Part shown: one piece after another, positions 58,781 through 64,000 of the stretch
Position numbering within the stretch: position 1 is the stretch's first letter
How the letters are laid out: each line of letters opens with the position of its first letter
From: Podarcis erhardii
Taxonomy: Eukaryota
Assembly (NCBI GenBank): GCA_964252035.1
Contig: OZ176215.1
DNA: 64,000 nucleotides
Reading direction: 5' to 3' (one strand)
Notes under the pieces: model-generated
The model's database searches: none
What the model was told of the DNA's origin: nothing
Seen by the model: only the letters and a program-made list of their open reading frames with translations
Program-made: the position numbers and the translations under genes

Positions 58781-58948
58781 CCATAGTAACATGCAGCAGC
58801 TTAGTTTTCTGAACTTTCAGAAAATGTCATTTCATTGGCAGAGATATACAGAGCTAGGGTGTGGTCTGATGTGAACGTGCTTCAGAGCTTGGAAACTTTG
58901 GAGATTGTAACTGCCATTAAAGAAAGTCCTAGATGCATGTATTGTGTG

Positions 58949-59270
58949 TTGGCATCTGTCTGTCTCGAGAGACAACAGAGTGTGCCTTCAGAGCTGAAGT
59001 CAAACTGCTGTGTTAGCAGCCCCAAAGTGTCCTCCCTGGGGCACAAGCATGTGTGGGCAGTATGCACGGAGGACCTGAGCTGCCCAGATGACAACCCCAC
59101 TCTAAGCCTCACTGATGAGGTCCAAAGGAAAGCAGAGCTATACATTTGGCACCAGCTTGGCTGCAGGTGTTGCCGGGAAAAGGCACACAAAGCGCCATCC
59201 TTAGGGATTCCACTCCAGATTCGTGTAAGGTTAACTCCTTAGCCTTTTCTTCTCTCAGAGGAGGTTTAGG
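58949..59270. repeat. Interspersed repeat of uncertain class; shorter copy at ~8341-8450
   Basis: Shared tgttgg..tct.tctgtctc.agagacaa..gagtg...gtcaaactg between the two loci. Confidence 0.55.
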
Positions 59271-59788
59271 AACACTTTTCCTTCTCCTAGGTGGGCTACC
59301 TGTTTGGCCTTTCAGAGGCAGGGAGCAGGATGGTTGTCACAGCCCCTGGTGCCCAGCTGAATTATGCAGGCAATAACCTATGACAGGGATGGGGAACCTG
59401 TGCCCCCCTCCAGGATGTTGCCCCAGCCAGCATGACCAATGGTAACAGCTGCAGTCCCACGACACCGGGAGGCACACAGGCCCCTCATTCCTGCCCCGCT
59501 ACCGCCCAATGCCAAACACAAAATATACATGCTATGATCCATATATATCATACAAACACAGCAGATCATGCAATTTATTCGAAAAATGTAAATCTCTGGA
59601 ATTTGGAGGAGAGAATAAACTAAAGCCCCTGAAAACAAAACTCCATCCCAAAGTATCCATGCAGCATACAGTACTGTTGCCCATGACACTCTCATTCATG
59701 TTTTTTTTTCAGCCAACTCCTTTTGCCCGTCACAATCACAGCCATGTACCAGGAACTGAATGATATGCATAACAGCAGCAGCAACAAC

Positions 59789-59873
59789 AAACCAAACCAA
59801 ACCAAACCAAACCAAACCAAACCAAACCAAACCAAACCAAACCAAACCAAACCAAACCAAACCAAACCAAACC
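59789..59873. repeat. (AAACC)17 pentanucleotide repeat; (GGUUU)17 in the pre-mRNA
   Basis: Direct reading. Confidence 0.95.
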
Positions 59874-60092
59874 CAAGAAGGCATGTAGATGGGCAGGAGG
59901 AGAAAACAAATACAGGAGTAAGAGCCTTCATATGAGACACCACATGAAATAAAACAGGCCGTCACCACAAATGCAAAAATCAAATTTTAAAAATTGATGG
60001 GTGAGAAGGGTCTTCGGGGAAAAAAGGTATTTGTGTGTGTTTTAAGGCCACAAACTTGGAAGAACCGCCCCGCTCCCCCTCCAATTTCTTAC

Positions 60093-60646
60093 CATCGCTA
60101 TTGGCGTCGTTACTTAGCGAGCTTCTCTCTCGCTTCCCCTTATCGCAAGAAATTTGACGCATGATAATCACATCTATGAAGCTGGCCGCTGTCATGGTGG
60201 TCTTACCGAGTGCTCGGAGCTCCTGTTCCTGTACTGAAAAGGTTTTACTCTTTTCTCTACTGGGCTGCTCACTGGCCGAAACTGCGTGCAGCGACTGCTC
60301 CAGGGGCGGGTGGTGCTGAGGGTGGCTTTTCCCCTGTCCTCTGCTATACAGGTGGGTTGGACCTGGCCCAGAGGAGGACAAAGGCCGGGGCTCCATGGCT
60401 TTAACGGGTGAAGGCGACTGTTCCAGGGCGCCCCCAGCAGGCAGCTTGGAGGAGAACAGGTTGCTGTCTGCCTGAGGCCGCTCCGCTTTGACATCCTGCG
60501 CTCTGGAGGCCTCCTTCTGCATGTGGGCAGGATCCATCATAGAGGTATAGCTGTCCAACCCACCTATGGAGCTGCGCAGTGATGATACCGAGGAGTATCC
60601 TGAGGAGCGAACTGGTGATGTGGTGGTGGCAGAGGAGGAGGTGGAT
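60093..60646 (-). CDS. NCOR2: NCOR2 exon 37 (37a 60646-60207; in-frame 37b extension 60206-60093 encoding a third CoRNR box)
   Basis: ttcag|A TCC; ...QELRALG|KTTMTAASFIDVIIMRQISCDKGKRERSSLSNDANSD; both donors read G|gtaaga; 37b is 114 nt. Confidence 0.94.
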
Positions 60647-61899
60647 CTGAAGAGCAGAAGGCAAAGTAAGAGACCTGTGGGAAGCTTTTTGGGTGGATTT
60701 AGGGCACAACTGTGGGTTCCCTGGCACAACTGGGCAAGCGCTAACTAGGCTTCGGGAAGGAGACCTGAGGGCTCTGGCAAGGTCCTAGAGTCCTCCCACC
60801 TCCTTCCCAAAGCCAAGTTAGCACTTGCGCAGCTCTGAGAAGGAGATGGGAAGGCTCCAGGGCCCTGCCAGAGCCTCATGGCCTCCATGTATTTATCCAC
60901 CCTTTTGGAAAGCCATCTAACCAACCAGCAATCAGAACCTCTTCGAACAGCAAGGTCCAAAAACTAATTATGTACTATGGGCTGTATCTAGTGCTAGTCC
61001 TACTCAGAGCAGACACATTGACATTAATTGACATGAATATATCAGGCCCATTAGTTTCAGTGAGCAACACCGACATTGGGATATAACTTTATGCAAATAA
61101 GTAATTCCCTTTTGTTCCTCTTGGACCACTTGTCCCTGACTCTTGAACCTTGAAGCCCTTCAGATGTTGTCAACCTCCAAGTCCTATCAGCTGTGGGCAG
61201 CAAAGCCAGGATGGTGGGGAGTTATAGTCACAACAACACCTGGAGGGCCATCGGCTCCCCAGCCCTCTTCTAGTTTGAGGGGAGAGGGAGAAAAGTCTTC
61301 CATGCTCCCCACACAAATCATTTTTTTAAATGGTGGCATATTGATTATGGAATGCTCACCCCTTGAGAGGCCTTCATAACCTCCTCTCTGCTGGCTTTTA
61401 GGTGAATGTGGAAGCTTTATTTTTATTTTCTTTGCCAGGCTTTGAGTGTTATTTTTCCTGCTGTTCTGAAGTTTCATTCTGACTCTGTTTCTGTAGTTTC
61501 CCTGTTCTCTTCTACAGTATTTATTCTTGCTTTCATGTAGGATTTGCATTTTAAATGGTTCTTGTATGCCCCCCTGGGGACCCTTTTAGGCTGAAGGGTG
61601 GGCTTTGAATGTTTCAGGTATATATATGTATGCTACAAACCTCTGTCACATCCCCCACGTGCCACCTTAGCCGTGACACTAAAATGTCCTCTTTGCAACA
61701 TGATCTGCACCCAATGCAATTTCCTCCCTGCAAGGCCCCAATCGGCAATGTGAAATGTAAATCGACCTGTGATCCTTGGATGAAGGGCAGTATAGAAATT
61801 TAATAGATAAAATAAAATATATAATAAAAACATGTGCTGAGCAACCCTGCCCACGGCACGTCAGGAACCAAGAAGGCCGTTAGCGCATCTCTGACATAC

Positions 61900-62062
61900 C
61901 GCAGAACTGAGGGGCCAAGGTTCTCCGAAGGGATCATCTTCATGTTTGTGTTATGCAACACGCTGGGGCGTTGCTGAATGTTCTCCTGGGCGCGGGGCGA
62001 GACAGGGGAGTGCTTGTGATTATGAGCGTGTGCTGACGGCCGACTGCTGCTTTGGTCCGTGC
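61900..62062 (-). CDS. NCOR2: NCOR2 exon 36
   Basis: ggcag|GC ACG...CTG CG|gtatgt; HSPVSPRAQENIQQRPSVLHNTNMK; 163 nt. Confidence 0.94.
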
Positions 62063-62217
62063 CTGCCACAAAACACAAAGAAACACTGTGAAAACTCTAG
62101 ATGTGGAAAATCCAAAACAAATAACAGTTGAACAAGAAAGAACTTAACCAAGTCCCTGCCAGGCACCTCCACCCGCTGCCCCCCCCCCAAGAGGTCACTA
62201 AAGGAAAGCGATCCAAC

Positions 62218-62367
62218 CTGGTCTCCAGATGGGGGCATGCTCCACAGTGGTTGTGGCTGCTAAGACCGACTTCTTGCGCTCCTTCTCACGCTCCCGTTCC
62301 CGGTCTCGTTCTTGCTCCCTTTCAGAAACTGAAGGTCCTGTCTGCTTGGTCAGGTGTGTGTGGCCTC
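62218..62367 (-). CDS. NCOR2: NCOR2 exon 35
   Basis: catag|GA GGC...CCA G|gttgga; THLTK...EREQERDREREREKERKKS...TTVEHAPIWRP; 150 nt. Confidence 0.93.
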
Positions 62368-62668
62368 CTATGAATCATTAAACACACAGTCTGAACATGC
62401 TCAGAAAGCAGATGTTTTGACCTGAATATTAAAGCAGCTATTCTGCAGGCCCCCTGTCAGCAGCCAAAGAAAACTGCAGCCTGAAACATCCGAGGACACC
62501 CAGGCATAAAATGACATACCCATTTTAAAGTACTGCAATTTTAGCCCCTTAATTTTGCTTTGTGTTGTTTCTTATTTTCCTCCTCTCCATGTCCCTTATG
62601 CACATGTTAACTTAGGCTCTTAAAGAAGCACCTAATGGATTTCAGCAACATACCAAGAATCAGCCTAC

Positions 62669-62818
62669 CTGGGGAGAGTGGAGAGCTGCTGTGTCGGCTG
62701 GTGAAAGCCTGGGGGGCACTGTGGATGTATGTGATCCGGTCAATGGAGGCGGCAGAAGTGCCCGGGGTGGGGGGCACAAGCACAGGCAAATGTGGCACTT
62801 GAGACAGGTCAATTATTC
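62669..62818 (-). CDS. NCOR2: NCOR2 exon 34
   Basis: agcag|GA ATA...CCA G|gtaggc; IIDLSQVPHLPVLVPPTPG...RHSSSPLSP; 150 nt. Confidence 0.96.
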
Positions 62819-63663
62819 CTGCTAAGAGAATGGAGGGGGGGAGAGACAGTTAGGAGAAGCAATATGCCTTGGTACTAGAAGTGCAGTGTCAAAAAAGCAA
62901 TAACCTCTTGTGGCATTGTAAGACACTGTAGCCTGTGCTGTGTCAGCTGCGAAAGGATGCCTTAATCTGGACAGTGGGTACCACTTTCCGACTTTCCTGT
63001 CTGCCCCATGCCTCCTGCACTTTTTAGGGAGATCCATCTTCTGAAAGCAGCAAGTTCTGTCCGTGTCACATGGTATCACATCACCTGAAGGGCAAGGCCA
63101 GCTGCCCAAACTGCCTGCAGCTTGATCAGAACGGCAGGCAAAGAAGTGGGCAGACTAAACACAGTGAAGAACCTCTCTCTTGTCAGTTACACTTAATGCA
63201 ACTTGGCAATGCGGAACAGGGAAAACTACAGGCCTGAGGAAAGAGTTGCTGAAGAGTTCTAGGTAATGCAAAAGCTTCATCACCAGAATTACTGGTGCAA
63301 TTAAGAAGCACCATTGGATCCCCATGATCTGCATGCATCATGTGAAACATAAAAAGTGTTGCAGCTGATTGATGCCTTCACCAGTTAGTGTTGCCAAATC
63401 AGGCCCTTATGCCTGAAACTTGCTCCATGTTCACAAAGTCCTCCTAGTCTCAACAACACAGAGAGCCCTATGACACCTTGAATCTAATCAGTGAATTGTG
63501 GGAGATACTTTTGCAGGCTTTGTCCAGCAACGGACCAAGTCTGGCCCATGAAAACATATGCTATAAACAAACATGGTTCTCTGAAAATGCTTCAAGGTTC
63601 TCTTGCTTTTGTTGCAACAGACGAACACAGACACCTGCCAGAATTTGCCACACAACCCCAAAC

Positions 63664-63924
63664 CTATTTTCGGACCTGCTGCATAATTGAGGGCTAGCGA
63701 GGGCTCTCGCGGAGACAGGCCACGCAGCAGGTCTGCCCTCTGGGCCATTGCAGTGGCAGCCGCAGCATTGTGGTGCATCTGCTGGGAGGTGATGTAGTCG
63801 TTGATGATGGTCTGCCTGTTCTCCATGGCAGCCGTATCTGGGTAGCCGCGGATTAGGTATGGTGGGTAGAGATGGGGGTACGTAGGGCTAGGAGCGAGGT
63901 GCCTTGGCAAGTAATAAGCGGCTG
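63664..63924 (-). CDS. NCOR2: NCOR2 exon 33 (gene continues beyond the window)
   Basis: tccag|CA GCC GCT TAT; AAYYLPRHLAPSPTYPHLYPPYLIRGYPD...RQTIINDYITSQQM...LALNYAAGPKI G|gtttgg; 261 nt. Donor and NAGNAG acceptor choice uncertain. Confidence 0.92.
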
Positions 63925-64000
63925 CTGGACAGAACAGAGAAAAGGGACAATATTAGCTTTTTCACATGCTGTGTGTTTTCTTCAGCAGAGTTTGTCTCAA

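Noticed and set aside
59112-59145. Hammerhead-ribozyme-like CTGATGA...GAAA core
   Set aside because: Stem II is poor, stem III is only 2 bp, and the sequence after the putative NUH does not pair with the sequence upstream of CUGAUGA, so stem I is missing.
59750-59773. Possible 24-nt in-phase micro-exon (GYAYHSVPG) with a GT donor between exons 37 and 38
   Set aside because: No AG acceptor upstream (gctgct|gt), and exons 37 and 38 already join in frame.

Overview
Vertebrate genomic DNA. The repeat content (Sauria SINE, RTE-BovB, tRNA-derived Squam-type SINEs, L2/CR1/L1, hAT and Tc1/mariner MITEs) points to a squamate, most likely a lacertid lizard. Two genes face each other tail-to-tail. The terminal coding exon of RFLNA (refilin A) lies on + at 1330-1663. 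The last 14 coding exons of NCOR2/SMRT (conventional exons 33-46) lie on - from 63924 to the stop at 43301, and every exon has AG/GT boundaries and compatible phases. NCOR2 appears to have a long (~4.7 kb) 3'UTR with no recognisable transposons. The ~33 kb between the genes is a nest of transposons. Most notable observations: (1) a full-length, TSD-flanked, L1-like retroelement with no reverse transcriptase, carrying one intact 211-aa ORF of unrecognised type, plus a diverged 5'-truncated relative 30 kb away; (2) unusual splicing architecture around the NCOR2 CoRNR-box exons, namely complementary (AC)19/(UG)26 tracts in one intron, a 155-nt AG-free zone with a distant branch point, and retained 37a/37b and 44a/44b alternative donors; (3) an extended miR-10 site in the NCOR2 3'UTR. 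Family names and cross-species comparisons are from recalled consensus sequences, not database searches. There is one assembly gap (48357-48489). No true tRNA, rRNA or CRISPR array was found.
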